Shown here in pieces: positions 19,273 through 28,964 of a stretch of DNA of 64,000 nucleotides. The DNA is taken from positions 96,001 through 160,000 of the forward strand of contig JBKAGE010000036.1 in the NCBI GenBank assembly GCA_046290225.1, written 5' to 3'. The stretch is from Bradymonadia bacterium. GTDB taxonomy: Bacteria; Myxococcota_A; Bradymonadia; UBA7976; UBA1532. Positions within the stretch are counted from its first letter, which is position 1; each line of letters opens with the position of its first letter. The position numbers were made by a program, and so were the translations under genes. The notes below the pieces were generated by a model. It had not been told where the DNA came from. It searched no databases and saw only the letters and a program-made list of their open reading frames with translations.

Positions 19273-20757
19273 ATGAGCGACGATCAGAACCGCCTGGTGA
19301 AGGCTCGCCAGGAGAAGGTTGAGGCCCTCCGCGAGCGGGGCGACAACCCCTTCGCCAACGACTTCGCCGTGACGCACCTCGCCGGGGATCTCCACACCGC
19401 TCATGCGGATCACACCCTGGAAGATCTCGAGGCCACCGCCTACCCCGTCGCCATCGCTGGCCGGGTCATGGCCGTGCGCAAGTTCGGCAAGATGAACTTC
19501 ATCGTCGTCCAGGATCGCTCCGACAAGATCCAGATCGCCGCCTACCGCCCCGATCTCGGAGAAGATGCCCAGGCCCACCTGAAGCTGCTCGACGTCGGTG
19601 ACATCGTCGGCACCCAGGGCCAGATGATGCGCAGCAAGAAGGGCGAGCTCACGGTGAAGGCCGCCGAGCTGCGCATTCTGACCAAGTCCACCCGGCCTCT
19701 GCCGGAGAAGTGGGCTGGTTTGAGCGACGTCACCACCCGCTATCGGCAGCGCTACGTTGATCTCATCGTCAACGAGCGCACCCGGGAGATCTTCCGCGTC
19801 CGCAGCGAGATCAACCGACGCATCCGGCAGTTCTTCGACGATCGCGACTACATGGAGGTGGAGACCCCCATGTTGCAGTCCATCTATGGTGGCGCCGCGG
19901 CGAAGCCCTTCGAGACGCACCACAACGCCCTCGACATGGACCTCTTCATGCGGATCGCCCCGGAGCTCAACCTCAAGCGGTTGGTCGTGGGCGGGTTCCA
20001 TCGGGTGTACGAGCTGAACAAGAACTTCCGGAACGAGGGCGTGTCCACCCGGCACAACCCCGAATTCACCGCGCTGGAATTCTACGAGGCCTTCGCCACG
20101 TATGAAGACTTGATGCAGTTGACCGAAGAACTCTTCCACAGCCTCTGCGTGGGCATCCACGGCACCGACGAGGTGACCTACGGCGAGCACACCGTGAGCT
20201 TCGCCCGGCCCTTCCGGCGGCTCTCGGTGATGGACGGCCTCGTGCAGTACGCCGAGATCCCCGAGGACAAGCTCTACGACCGCGACACCCTGCTCGCCGC
20301 CGCGGAGCGCCTCGGCGTGCGCAAGGCAGACAAAATGCCCCTGGGCAAGCTGCAGATGGAGGTCTTCGAGACCGCCGCCGAGCACTTGTTGATCCAGCCC
20401 ACCTACGTCATCGACTACCCGCTCGAGGTGAGTCCTCTGAGCCGCCGCAAAGAGTCGGATCCCCGTCTGGTGGATCGCTTCGAGCTCTACGTCGCTGGCC
20501 AGGAGATCGCCAACGGCTTCAGCGAGCTCAACGATCCAGTGGATCAGCGTGGTCGCTTCGAGGATCAGGTGGGCCAGCGCGCCGCCGGCGACGACGAAGC
20601 CCACCCCATGGACGAGGACTTCATCCGGGCCCTGGAGTTCGGCCTGCCCCCCACCGCCGGCGAGGGCATCGGCATTGATCGTCTGGTGATGTTGCTCACC
20701 AACAGCACCTCGATCCGCGAGGTCATCTTCTTCCCCCTGCTGCGGCCGGAGGCCTGA
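19273..20757 (+). CDS. lysS: Lysine--tRNA ligase (class II)
   Basis: RYRQRYVDLI, GGAAAKPF, FRNEG, HNPEFT, GLPPTAGEGIGIDRL. Confidence 0.98.
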   Translation: MSDDQNRLVKARQEKVEALRERGDNPFANDFAVTHLAGDLHTAHADHTLEDLEATAYPVAIAGRVMAVRKFGKMNFIVVQDRSDKIQIAAYRPDLGEDAQAHLKLLDVGDIVGTQGQMMRSKKGELTVKAAELRILTKSTRPLPEKWAGLSDVTTRYRQRYVDLIVNERTREIFRVRSEINRRIRQFFDDRDYMEVETPMLQSIYGGAAAKPFETHHNALDMDLFMRIAPELNLKRLVVGGFHRVYELNKNFRNEGVSTRHNPEFTALEFYEAFATYEDLMQLTEELFHSLCVGIHGTDEVTYGEHTVSFARPFRRLSVMDGLVQYAEIPEDKLYDRDTLLAAAERLGVRKADKMPLGKLQMEVFETAAEHLLIQPTYVIDYPLEVSPLSRRKESDPRLVDRFELYVAGQEIANGFSELNDPVDQRGRFEDQVGQRAAGDDEAHPMDEDFIRALEFGLPPTAGEGIGIDRLVMLLTNSTSIREVIFFPLLRPEA

Positions 20758-20764
20758 ACCCACC

Positions 20765-22396
20765 GTGTGGAGCGCCCCCTACGAGGGACTGGTGGGCTGG
20801 CGCTATCTGTTGCGGCGGCGCCTGAGCCCCCGCGTCCTCATCATCGGCCTCGTCATCCTCGGTGCAGGTCTGGGCATGACCAGCTCGGCCTTCGACGCCC
20901 TCTCCGGGGGTCAGGGGCTGACCCAGGGCATCTACCAGGACAACCCGCTGCTGTTGCAGGTGATGCTGTACGGCGGCCTCGGGCTGTTGATCTTCGGCGG
21001 CTGCGTGGTGCTCTTCGGCCTGCTCAGCGCCTGGCTCACCATCTTCAGCGCCTTCAGCGCCTTCATGATCACCATCGGCGTGGCCCTGGTGATCGTGGTG
21101 CTCGGGGTGATGAACGGGTTCCAGGCCGATCTGCGGAACAAGATCATCAACACCCATGCCCACGTGGTCATCGAGCCCCCCAAAGGGGTTGACGGATTCG
21201 GTGACTATCGCGAGATCGCCAGGCTCGCTCGAGAGACCGAGGGGGTCATCGGTGCCTCGCCCTACCTGAGCACCGAGGTGATGTTGAGCAGCCGCACCAA
21301 CCTCTCTGCGGTGCTGCTCCAGGGCATCGACCCCGACACCGTCGGTGAGACGAGCCAGCTGCCTCAGAACATCGAGCGGGGCGATCTCGAGACCTTGAAG
21401 GATCCATCGCTGCTCAAGCCCATGGATCTCGAAGACGTGCCCCCAGCGGGCAATCTGTCCGAGGGCGAGGATCGCATCGCCGCGCACTTGGCAGCGGAGG
21501 CACAGCGCGACGCCGAAGCTGCTGCCGAAGGCGAAGAGGCTGAGGCTGCCGAGGCTGATTCCTTCGGGATGGCCCTGCCAGCGCCCAAGAAGCAGGATCC
21601 TTCACTGCTGCCCGTGGTGTTCATTGGCAAGGAGCTGCGTCGCAGCCTCAACCTGTGGCCCGGCGAGTCGGTGAACGTCATCAGCCCCTTCGGCGATCTG
21701 GGCCCCAACGGCCCGATCCCCCGCAGCCGGCCCTTCCGCCTCGGTGGCTGGTACAAGTTCGGCATGCTCGACTACGACACCAAGCTGGCCTACGCCAGCC
21801 TGCCTGCGGTGCAGGCCTTCATGGGCCTCGGCGACGTCGCCGGGGGCATCCAGGTGAAGGTGAGCGATCTCGAAGGGGCCCGCGCCGTGCGGGACAGCCT
21901 GCAGGCCGCCTTGGGCGACCGGGCCCGGGTGAGCGACTGGCAAGACCGCAACCGCAACCTCTTCTCGGCCCTGAAGCTCGAAAAAGTGGCGATGTTTCTG
22001 GTGCTCAGCATCAACATCCTGCTCGCCGCCTTCAGCATCATCGGCACGCTGGTGATCACCATCTTCGAGCGTAAGCGAGAGATCGCCATCCTCAACGCCT
22101 GTGGGGCTCCGAGCAGTGGCATTCGCCGCATCTTCATGGCTCAGGGCGCCTTCACCGGGGCCGTGGGCTGCCTGCTCGGAGGCACCGTGGGGGTGAGTTT
22201 GGGGTATGCCCTGGCAACAATGCGGTTGCCCATGGACACCAACGTCTATTACATCGACGCGATTCCGGTGGACCTGCGCCTGACCGACGTGGTGGCCATC
22301 ATCGCCGTGGCCATGCTGGTGAGCGTGGTTTCGACCCTGTATCCCGCACACTACGCCTCCCGGCTCAAGCCGGTGGAGGGGCTGAGCAACGACTGA
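20765..22396 (+). CDS. Lipoprotein-releasing ABC permease LolC/E family
   Basis: IGVALVIVVLGVMNGFQ, WQDRNRNLFSALKLEK, LYPAHYASRLKPVEGL; precedes lolD. Confidence 0.9.
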   Translation: MWSAPYEGLVGWRYLLRRRLSPRVLIIGLVILGAGLGMTSSAFDALSGGQGLTQGIYQDNPLLLQVMLYGGLGLLIFGGCVVLFGLLSAWLTIFSAFSAFMITIGVALVIVVLGVMNGFQADLRNKIINTHAHVVIEPPKGVDGFGDYREIARLARETEGVIGASPYLSTEVMLSSRTNLSAVLLQGIDPDTVGETSQLPQNIERGDLETLKDPSLLKPMDLEDVPPAGNLSEGEDRIAAHLAAEAQRDAEAAAEGEEAEAAEADSFGMALPAPKKQDPSLLPVVFIGKELRRSLNLWPGESVNVISPFGDLGPNGPIPRSRPFRLGGWYKFGMLDYDTKLAYASLPAVQAFMGLGDVAGGIQVKVSDLEGARAVRDSLQAALGDRARVSDWQDRNRNLFSALKLEKVAMFLVLSINILLAAFSIIGTLVITIFERKREIAILNACGAPSSGIRRIFMAQGAFTGAVGCLLGGTVGVSLGYALATMRLPMDTNVYYIDAIPVDLRLTDVVAIIAVAMLVSVVSTLYPAHYASRLKPVEGLSND

Positions 22397-22399
22397 CCG

Positions 22400-23134
22400 A
22401 TGACTGCCACCTCTCCCCTGCTCCATACCGTGGGCCTCTCGAAGTCGTTCAAGCACGAGGGGCAAATGATCCACGTGCTCCGCGAGGTCGATCTCTCGAT
22501 CTACCCTGGGGAGCAGATCGCCGTGGTGGGTCGCTCTGGTGCCGGCAAGAGCACCCTGTTGCACGTGCTGGGCACCCTCGATGCCCCCACCTCGGGCAAG
22601 ATCATCGTCGACGACAAGGACGTCTCCAGCTTGAGCAGCAAAGCTCTGGCGGCCTTCCGGAACGAGACCATCGGCTTCATCTTTCAGTTCCATCATCTTC
22701 TTCCGGAATTCACCGCCGTGGAGAACGTCATGCTCCCGGGATTGATCCGGCGGTGGACGAAGAAGAAGGCCCGGGTGGAAGCTGAGCGATTCCTCGAGGA
22801 GGTGGGGTTGTCCCACCGGTTGACCCATCGACCCGGCGAGCTGTCTGGTGGCGAGCAGCAGCGCGTGGCCCTCGCCAGAGCCCTGGTGAGCCGCCCCAAG
22901 CTGCTCCTCGCCGACGAGCCCACGGGGAACCTCGACTCGAACACCAGCAACGAGATCCATGCCCTCTTCGACCGCCTCAACGCCGAGCACGGCACCGCCA
23001 TGCTGGTGGTGACGCACTCCCAGGAGCTGGCCCGCCGCATGCCTCGACGGCTGCGCATGTCCGATGGCCGATTGCTCGACGAGACCGCGGATCCGACGGA
23101 AGAGCCGCCCACCCCTGAGGAGGCCGGGGCCTGA
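22400..23134 (+). CDS. lolD: Lipoprotein-releasing ABC ATPase
   Basis: [43 protein letters not shown]. Confidence 0.93.
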   Translation: MTATSPLLHTVGLSKSFKHEGQMIHVLREVDLSIYPGEQIAVVGRSGAGKSTLLHVLGTLDAPTSGKIIVDDKDVSSLSSKALAAFRNETIGFIFQFHHLLPEFTAVENVMLPGLIRRWTKKKARVEAERFLEEVGLSHRLTHRPGELSGGEQQRVALARALVSRPKLLLADEPTGNLDSNTSNEIHALFDRLNAEHGTAMLVVTHSQELARRMPRRLRMSDGRLLDETADPTEEPPTPEEAGA

Positions 23135-23135
23135 T

Positions 23136-25490
23136 ATGCACCTGACTCGACTTCTGAGGCCCCTGCTTCTCGCAGCGAGCCTCCTGGCCCTGAGCGGCCT
23201 GATGCCCCTCACCTCGCCTGCAGCGCTGGCCCAGAACCTCGGCGTGGACGTCGAAGGCCAGACCCTCGACGAGGTCCGGGTGAAGGGCAACCGCCGCAGC
23301 GAGGCTGACGCCATCCTGGAGCGCATCTCCACGCGCCCTGGTGAGCCGCTCAAGCGCAAGAGCGTGCAGGCCGACATCCGCACCATCTTCAAGCTAGGCT
23401 TCTACAGCGACATCCAGGTGGAGCTCGAAGAGCTGGACGGCAAGTCCGTGCTGACCTTCGTGGTGGAAGAGAAGCCCTCGGTGCGCAAGGTCATCTACGA
23501 CGGCAACGAGGAGCTGGACGACGAGGAGCTCGGCGAGGTGGTCGACATTCGACCCTTCAGCATCCTCAACCAGGCGAAGGTGAATCAGAACGCCGAAAAG
23601 CTCAAAGACCTCTACACTGAGAAGGGGTACTTCCTCGCCGAGGTGGATTGGGAGATCCGACCCCTCGAGAACAACGAGGTCGACGTCATCTTCCACCTCA
23701 TCGAGAAGAAAGAGGTGAAGGTGGCCCGCCTGGCCATCGTAGGCAACGACGCCCTCGCCGACAGCGACATCAAGCAGTTCCTCGAGACCCGGGAGGAGGG
23801 CGGCTTCGGCGGCATCTCCGGTGCAGGCAGCTTCAAGGCCGAGGCCTTCGAGCGCGATCTGCTCCGGGTGAGCCAGCTGTACTACGATCGCGGCTACATC
23901 ACCGCCCGGGTGGGCGAGCCCAAGGTTGAGCTCACCCCCGATCGCGCCAAGCTCTTCATCACCATCCCCGTCGAAGAAGGCGACCGCTACAAGACCGGCG
24001 AGATCGACGTCATCGGTGACTTCCTCGAGAAGTTCCCCAAAGAAGAGGTGATGAAGCGGGTCAAGCTCAAGACCGGCGACTGGTTCAGCAGCACCCAGCT
24101 GCGCAACACCATCAACGGCGTGGGCGAGATTTACAAAGACGAGGGCTACGCCTACGTCAACATCGTGCCCAACACCCGGGTCGATCCCGAGACCCGGAAG
24201 GTGAACCTCACCATCAACATCGAGAAGGGTGAGAAGGTGCGCTTCGGCCGCATCACCGTCGTGGGCAACACCCGCACTCGGGACAAGGTGATCCGCCGCG
24301 AGATGCGCATCTACGAGGGTGAGTTCTACTCATCGACGGGCATCAAGCGCTCGAAGGCCCTCATCACTCGCCTGGGCTACTTCGAGACGGTGGAGATCAC
24401 CACCCGCCCGAACCGCGACGGCAACACCATGGATGTGGTGGTCGACGTGAAGGAGAAGCCCACGGGCACCTTCCAGGTGGGCGCCGGCTTCAGCAGCATC
24501 GAGAGCTTCGTGGCCCAGGCTCAAATCGCCCAGGACAACCTGTTCGGTCGCGGTCAGAACCTGAGCTTCCAGGCCACCCTGTCGCGGCTGCGGAGCATCG
24601 TGAACCTGCGCTTCGCCGACAACTACTTCCTCGACACGCGCATCCGGTTCGCCACCAACCTCTACCGGTTCGAGACCAACTTCCAGAACTTCACCCGCCG
24701 CAGCCTCGGTGGGAACCTCACCCTGGGCTACCCGCTCAACGACGACTGGTCGGTGGCGGGGACCTACACTTTGGAGTACGTCGAGGTGGACGCCGGCGGC
24801 TTCGGCCGGCGGAACATCCCCGCCATCGCCAACCTGTTCGCCAACGGGCGCACCTCCAGCGTGCGGCTGAGCCTGTTCTACGACACGCGGAACAACCGCC
24901 TGTTCCCGAGCAGCGGCTGGTTCAACACCGCCAGCGTGGAGCACGCCACGGGGCTGCTCTTCAGCGAGAACTTGTTCACCCGCTACCGCCTGCGGGGTCG
25001 GTACTACTACGATCTCGGCTACAACATGGTGCTCAAGGCCAACACCGAGTGGGGCACCATCACCAGCCCGCAGTCTCGGGGCGTGCCCATCTTCGAGCGC
25101 TTCTTCCTCGGCGGCCCGCTGTCGATGCGCGGGTTCCAGATCAACAGCCTTGGCCCCACCATCCCCGTGCTCGACACCGTGCGTCCCGACTCGGGCACTG
25201 TGCAGCAGAACATCGGCGGCACCGAGCAGCTGCTCATCAACACTGAGCTCGAGTTCCCGATTTTGCAGAAAGTGCAGATCCGCGGCGTCGCTTTCATCGA
25301 TGCCGGGAACGCTTTCAACATCGAAGACAGTTACGCAGATAAACTCGACCAGTTCCGATTCAACTGGGGGTTCGGCATCAGGTGGTTCTCTCCCATCGGA
25401 CCGCTTCGGTTCGAGTGGGGCTTCCCCTTCAACCCTCGGGATGGCGAAGACGGCTCAGTGTTCAACTTCTCCATCGGCAACTTCTTCTAG
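23136..25490 (+). CDS. bamA: Outer membrane protein assembly factor BamA
   Basis: POTRA repeats (GNTRTRDKVIRRE), MRGF loop-6 motif, SPIGPLRFEWG, C-terminal FF. Confidence 0.97.
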   Translation: MHLTRLLRPLLLAASLLALSGLMPLTSPAALAQNLGVDVEGQTLDEVRVKGNRRSEADAILERISTRPGEPLKRKSVQADIRTIFKLGFYSDIQVELEELDGKSVLTFVVEEKPSVRKVIYDGNEELDDEELGEVVDIRPFSILNQAKVNQNAEKLKDLYTEKGYFLAEVDWEIRPLENNEVDVIFHLIEKKEVKVARLAIVGNDALADSDIKQFLETREEGGFGGISGAGSFKAEAFERDLLRVSQLYYDRGYITARVGEPKVELTPDRAKLFITIPVEEGDRYKTGEIDVIGDFLEKFPKEEVMKRVKLKTGDWFSSTQLRNTINGVGEIYKDEGYAYVNIVPNTRVDPETRKVNLTINIEKGEKVRFGRITVVGNTRTRDKVIRREMRIYEGEFYSSTGIKRSKALITRLGYFETVEITTRPNRDGNTMDVVVDVKEKPTGTFQVGAGFSSIESFVAQAQIAQDNLFGRGQNLSFQATLSRLRSIVNLRFADNYFLDTRIRFATNLYRFETNFQNFTRRSLGGNLTLGYPLNDDWSVAGTYTLEYVEVDAGGFGRRNIPAIANLFANGRTSSVRLSLFYDTRNNRLFPSSGWFNTASVEHATGLLFSENLFTRYRLRGRYYYDLGYNMVLKANTEWGTITSPQSRGVPIFERFFLGGPLSMRGFQINSLGPTIPVLDTVRPDSGTVQQNIGGTEQLLINTELEFPILQKVQIRGVAFIDAGNAFNIEDSYADKLDQFRFNWGFGIRWFSPIGPLRFEWGFPFNPRDGEDGSVFNFSIGNFF

Positions 25491-25529
25491 CGAGCGCTCG
25501 AGCGCTCGCTCTCAGTCAGGAGTTCACTC

Positions 25530-26099
25530 ATGACCACTTCCTTCCGTCTGGCCCTGCGCGCTGCCCTGTGGATGCCCTGTGCGCTGATCATCGCCCTGGC
25601 GACCACCTCCACCGCTTCTGCTGATGCCAAGCTGGCCTTCGTCGACATGCAGCGTGCCCTGCAAGAGGTCGAAGATGGTAAGAAGGCCAAGTCCAAGCTC
25701 GAGAAGATGAAGAAGGATCGTCAGACCAAGCTCGACTCCGAGCAGAAGAACCTCAAGAAGATGCAGGAGAACCTGCAGGCTCAGGCGCAGTTCATGAAAG
25801 ATGACGTGCGCCGGGGCAAAGAGGAGGAGCTGCGCAAGAAGCTCGGCGAGGTGCAGCTGCTCTACGCAAAGCTCCAGAAGGAGCTGGCTCAGGAAGAGGC
25901 CAAGCTGACCCAGGACATCATCATCCGCATGGGGGCGATCCTCCGGAGCATCGGTGAGCGCGACAACCTCACCATGATCCTCGAGAAGACCGACTCCGCC
26001 GTGCTCTGGGCCCCTTCCAGCCTCGACCTGACCAACGAGCTCATCCGCCGCTACAACAATGGCGAGGGCAAGCCCGGCAAGAAGAAGGGCAAGAAGTGA
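25530..26099 (+). CDS. skp: OmpH/Skp periplasmic chaperone
   Basis: Signal peptide, KLAFVDMQRAL, coiled coil, DLTNELIRRYN; follows bamA. Confidence 0.9.
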   Translation: MTTSFRLALRAALWMPCALIIALATTSTASADAKLAFVDMQRALQEVEDGKKAKSKLEKMKKDRQTKLDSEQKNLKKMQENLQAQAQFMKDDVRRGKEEELRKKLGEVQLLYAKLQKELAQEEAKLTQDIIIRMGAILRSIGERDNLTMILEKTDSAVLWAPSSLDLTNELIRRYNNGEGKPGKKKGKK

Positions 26100-26100
26100 T

Positions 26101-27108
26101 TTGATCACCCTCGCCGCCCTCTCCGCAGCCCTGGGGCTCCCCTGCCCGGGCTCTCCCGATCTCGTCCTCAATGCCGTCGCACCGCTCGAATCAGCGGGCC
26201 CTCGTGATCTCGTAGGCCTCTTCGAGCCGCGCTGGCGCGGGTCCGCTCAGGCGACCCATGGGGCGGTTGCTCTCACGACACCGACCCTTCGGCACCACCT
26301 GCCCAGCTCCACCCTCGCCCTGGTGCACGAGGATGCCCGTGCCTTGTGGGGCAAGGCCCTCCGACTGATCTACCCAGGTCCCTCGCTTCAGCCACCCCCT
26401 GTGGGGATACACCCCTCAGCCGTCGTCGATCCCACAGCCCGTGTCAGCCCGGCAGCTTGCATCGGCCCTCTGGTGGTGATCGGCCCCTTCTGCGAGATCT
26501 ACGATCATGTGGCGTTGTATCCGGGGGTGGTGCTCGGCCACGGCGTGAGCATCGGCCGTGGCACCCACGTACACCCCCGAGCGATGTTGCTTGACGACAC
26601 TCAGGTGGGCGCTCGGGTGATCATCGGCCCTGGCGCAGTCCTCGGCGCTGTGGGCTTTGGCCTCGATGCCCAGGGGCTGCAGCCTCACGTGGGGCGCGTA
26701 CGGGTGGAGAACGGAGCCACGCTGGGTGCCCAGACATGCGTCGATCGAGCCACAGTGGGCGAGACGATCATCGGCGCCGACGCCCACCTCGACAACTTGG
26801 TGCAGGTGGGCCACAACGCGACGATTGGCCCAGGTGCGGTGCTCTGCGGCCAGGTGGGGATCGCCGGAGGCGCCCACATCGAAGGCGGCGTGGTCCTCGG
26901 CGGCCAAGCTGGAGTCGCTGGTCACGTGACGGTGGCCTCGGGGGTACGGGTGGCGGCACAATCAGGGGTGACGCGGCCTCTGACACACCCCGGTGAGTTC
27001 AGCGGCCACCCTGCCGAGCCCAACCACAAGCGCTTGCGTCGCGAGGCCTGGTGGCGTCGCGAGGCGGATAGAGCACTTGAGGAACGAGCGCCCGAGAAGA
27101 CGCCCTGA
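26101..27108 (+). CDS. lpxD: UDP-3-O-acylglucosamine N-acyltransferase
   Basis: Hexapeptide repeats, GFG, CVDRAT, DNLVQVGHN, GGQAGVAGH; TTG start inferred. Confidence 0.88.
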   Translation: MITLAALSAALGLPCPGSPDLVLNAVAPLESAGPRDLVGLFEPRWRGSAQATHGAVALTTPTLRHHLPSSTLALVHEDARALWGKALRLIYPGPSLQPPPVGIHPSAVVDPTARVSPAACIGPLVVIGPFCEIYDHVALYPGVVLGHGVSIGRGTHVHPRAMLLDDTQVGARVIIGPGAVLGAVGFGLDAQGLQPHVGRVRVENGATLGAQTCVDRATVGETIIGADAHLDNLVQVGHNATIGPGAVLCGQVGIAGGAHIEGGVVLGGQAGVAGHVTVASGVRVAAQSGVTRPLTHPGEFSGHPAEPNHKRLRREAWWRREADRALEERAPEKTP

Positions 27109-27869
27109 TGATCGATGTACACCCCACAGCGCAGGTGGATTCGACGGCGCAGCTACACCCAGGGGCGGTGGTGGGCGCCCACAGCGTCGTGGGCCCCGAC
27201 TGCGTGATTCATCGCTATGGCATTGTGGGCCCGCATACGACCCTGGGCGCTCGATGCGAGGTGCACCCCTTCGCTGTCATCGGGGGGCCTGCTCAGGACC
27301 GCCGTACAGCGCCAGAGGCCCCGTTCACCCTCGTATGTGGCCCGGAGAACATCTTTCGGGAGGGCGTGACCGTCTCCCGAGGCACAGCGCACGGCGGTGG
27401 TGAAACGCGCCTGGGCGCGGAGAACCTGCTCATGGCTCACAGCCATGTAGGCCACGACGCACAGCTCGGCGATCAGAACACCCTGGCGAACGGGGTGAGC
27501 GTGGCAGGTCACGTCTGCATCGGTGATCGGGTCAACCTCGGCGGCCACGCAGGGGTGCACCAGTTCGTCCGGATCGGCGATCTGGCCTTCATCGCAGCAA
27601 ACGCCATGGTGAGCGGTGATGTGCCCCCCTTCACGCTGGTCTCGGGGGATCGCGCCCGCATCGTGGGCTTGAACGTGACGGGCCTGAAACGCGCAGGGCT
27701 GTCACAGCCGGTTCGCTCAGCCCTCAGCGGTGCGCTGAAGCGCTTCTACGCCCCTGGCCCTCAGCGGGAGGTGGCGTCACTACACCTCTCGGACCCAACG
27801 CCAGAGGTGGCCCATATGGCGCACTTCGTCGTGCACAGCGAGCGCCGAGGCATTCGCCGCGGTCGCTGA
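27108..27869 (+). CDS. lpxA: UDP-GlcNAc O-acyltransferase
   Basis: IFREGVTVSRGT, HSHVGHD, VHQFVRIG, DVPPF, GLNVTGLKR. Confidence 0.9.
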   Translation: MIDVHPTAQVDSTAQLHPGAVVGAHSVVGPDCVIHRYGIVGPHTTLGARCEVHPFAVIGGPAQDRRTAPEAPFTLVCGPENIFREGVTVSRGTAHGGGETRLGAENLLMAHSHVGHDAQLGDQNTLANGVSVAGHVCIGDRVNLGGHAGVHQFVRIGDLAFIAANAMVSGDVPPFTLVSGDRARIVGLNVTGLKRAGLSQPVRSALSGALKRFYAPGPQREVASLHLSDPTPEVAHMAHFVVHSERRGIRRGR

Positions 27870-28019
27870 CTGGCGCCTCGTCGCCAAACTCGTCATAGAG
27901 TGATTGACACCCAGCGACCCCCTGAGGCCAAATGGCGGCCGCTGAATCGAGCTCTGAATGAGCGTTCAATCACTGGGCCCTCATATGTAAAGAGCCCCAG
28001 AAATGAAAAGGAAGGTGCC

Positions 28020-28343
28020 ATGACCCCCAAGGAGATTTTCGAGGACAAGATCGGCGGCAAGCTCAACGATCCTGCTCAGGCTGCTGCTGCGAAGGAGATC
28101 GACGCGGTCTTCCAGTTCAACCTCTCCGGTGACAACGGGGGTGAGTGGGTGGTGGACCTCAAGGAGGGCAAGGTCTTCGCTGGTGGCGCTGACGCTGCTG
28201 ACTGCACCATCTCCCTCAAGGGCGACGACTTCGTGAAGCTGGTGGAGAACCCCTCCTCGGCCACGATGATGTTCATGCAGGGCAAGCTCAAGGTGGCCGG
28301 CAACATGGGCCTCGCCATGAAGCTCCCCAAGATCCTGGGCTAA
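28020..28343 (+). CDS. SCP2 sterol/lipid-binding domain protein
   Basis: FQFNLSGDNGGEWVVDL...ADCTI...MFMQGKLKVAGNMGLAMKL; AAGGAAGG RBS. Confidence 0.9.
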   Translation: MTPKEIFEDKIGGKLNDPAQAAAAKEIDAVFQFNLSGDNGGEWVVDLKEGKVFAGGADAADCTISLKGDDFVKLVENPSSATMMFMQGKLKVAGNMGLAMKLPKILG

Positions 28344-28346
28344 CAG

Positions 28347-28511
28347 GCTCCGGCGCTGCGGCGGCGTCAGCCGCCGTGACGCCGGCGATCTCCCGCCCAG
28401 ATGCGACCTTTCCGTCCTCGAGGTAGCGCAGCTACCTCTGCGGGTGAAAGCCCGCATCTGGACGAGACCTCACCGACCTCACGACGACTGCCACCACCTC
28501 CGCGCCTCCGC
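28347..28511 (-). repeat. 165-bp rod-hairpin element E1 (folds on the minus strand)
   Basis: Starts 3 nt after the SCP2 TAA; colinear with E2-E4; apex GAGGTAGC-TGC-GCTACCTC on the minus strand. Confidence 0.85.
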
Positions 28512-28725
28512 GGGGCGCGTGCATAGGTGGGTTATGGCTTTGTGGGGCTCTTTGGGGCTTCTGACTGCCGTCCTCTCTGCCAGCTCGTGCGGTACGCTCT
28601 TCCAGCTTTGCAGGACGGTTGTCGTGAGTTTTTTGGCCTTTGAGTGGTGTGCAAAGTCTTCTGAGAGACACACTCACAGCCTCTTCCGAGAGTCTTCAAG
28701 ACCAAACCACGCAGGTCGCAGCCCC

Positions 28726-28890
28726 GCGGAGCGCCGTAGGTGGCGACAGCCGTCGTGAGCGTGGTGAGTTTGCGTGCAGATGCGTTGGAGAAAGCGCAGG
28801 CGTAGCAGCGCTACGCCGAGCATTTTTCCAACGCATCTGTGCGTGAAATCGCCGCACTCATGGCGGCTGGCGCCGCCGGAGGCGCGGAGC
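28726..28890 (+). repeat. 165-bp rod-hairpin element E2 (folds on the plus strand)
   Basis: CAGATGCGTTGGA/TCCAACGCATCTG arms, apex GGCGTAGC-AGC-GCTACGCC, ends GCGGA...CGGAGC. Confidence 0.9.
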
Positions 28891-28964
28891 CCGCTCACGG
28901 CGGCTGGCGCCGCCGGAGGCGCGGAGCCCGCTCATGGCGGCTGGCGCCGCCGGAGGCGCGGAGC
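28891..28964 (+). repeat. Two extra 37-bp tandem copies of the E2 terminus
   Basis: ccgctcaYggcggctggcgccgccggaggcgcggagc at 28891-28927 and 28928-28964, abutting the stop of the minus-strand OMP gene. Confidence 0.92.

Noticed and set aside
19240..20763. Long antisense ORFs opposite lysS (likewise opposite ettA, bEBP, beta-propeller and other genes)
   Set aside because: Expected shadow ORFs in high-GC3 coding DNA
27989..28553. 11-bp inverted match AAAGAGCCCCA/TGGGGCTCTTT flanking SCP2 and E1
   Set aside because: Too short to separate from chance
28854..28964. 37-bp repeats as a CRISPR array
   Set aside because: Units are contiguous with no spacers, and there are no cas genes in the window
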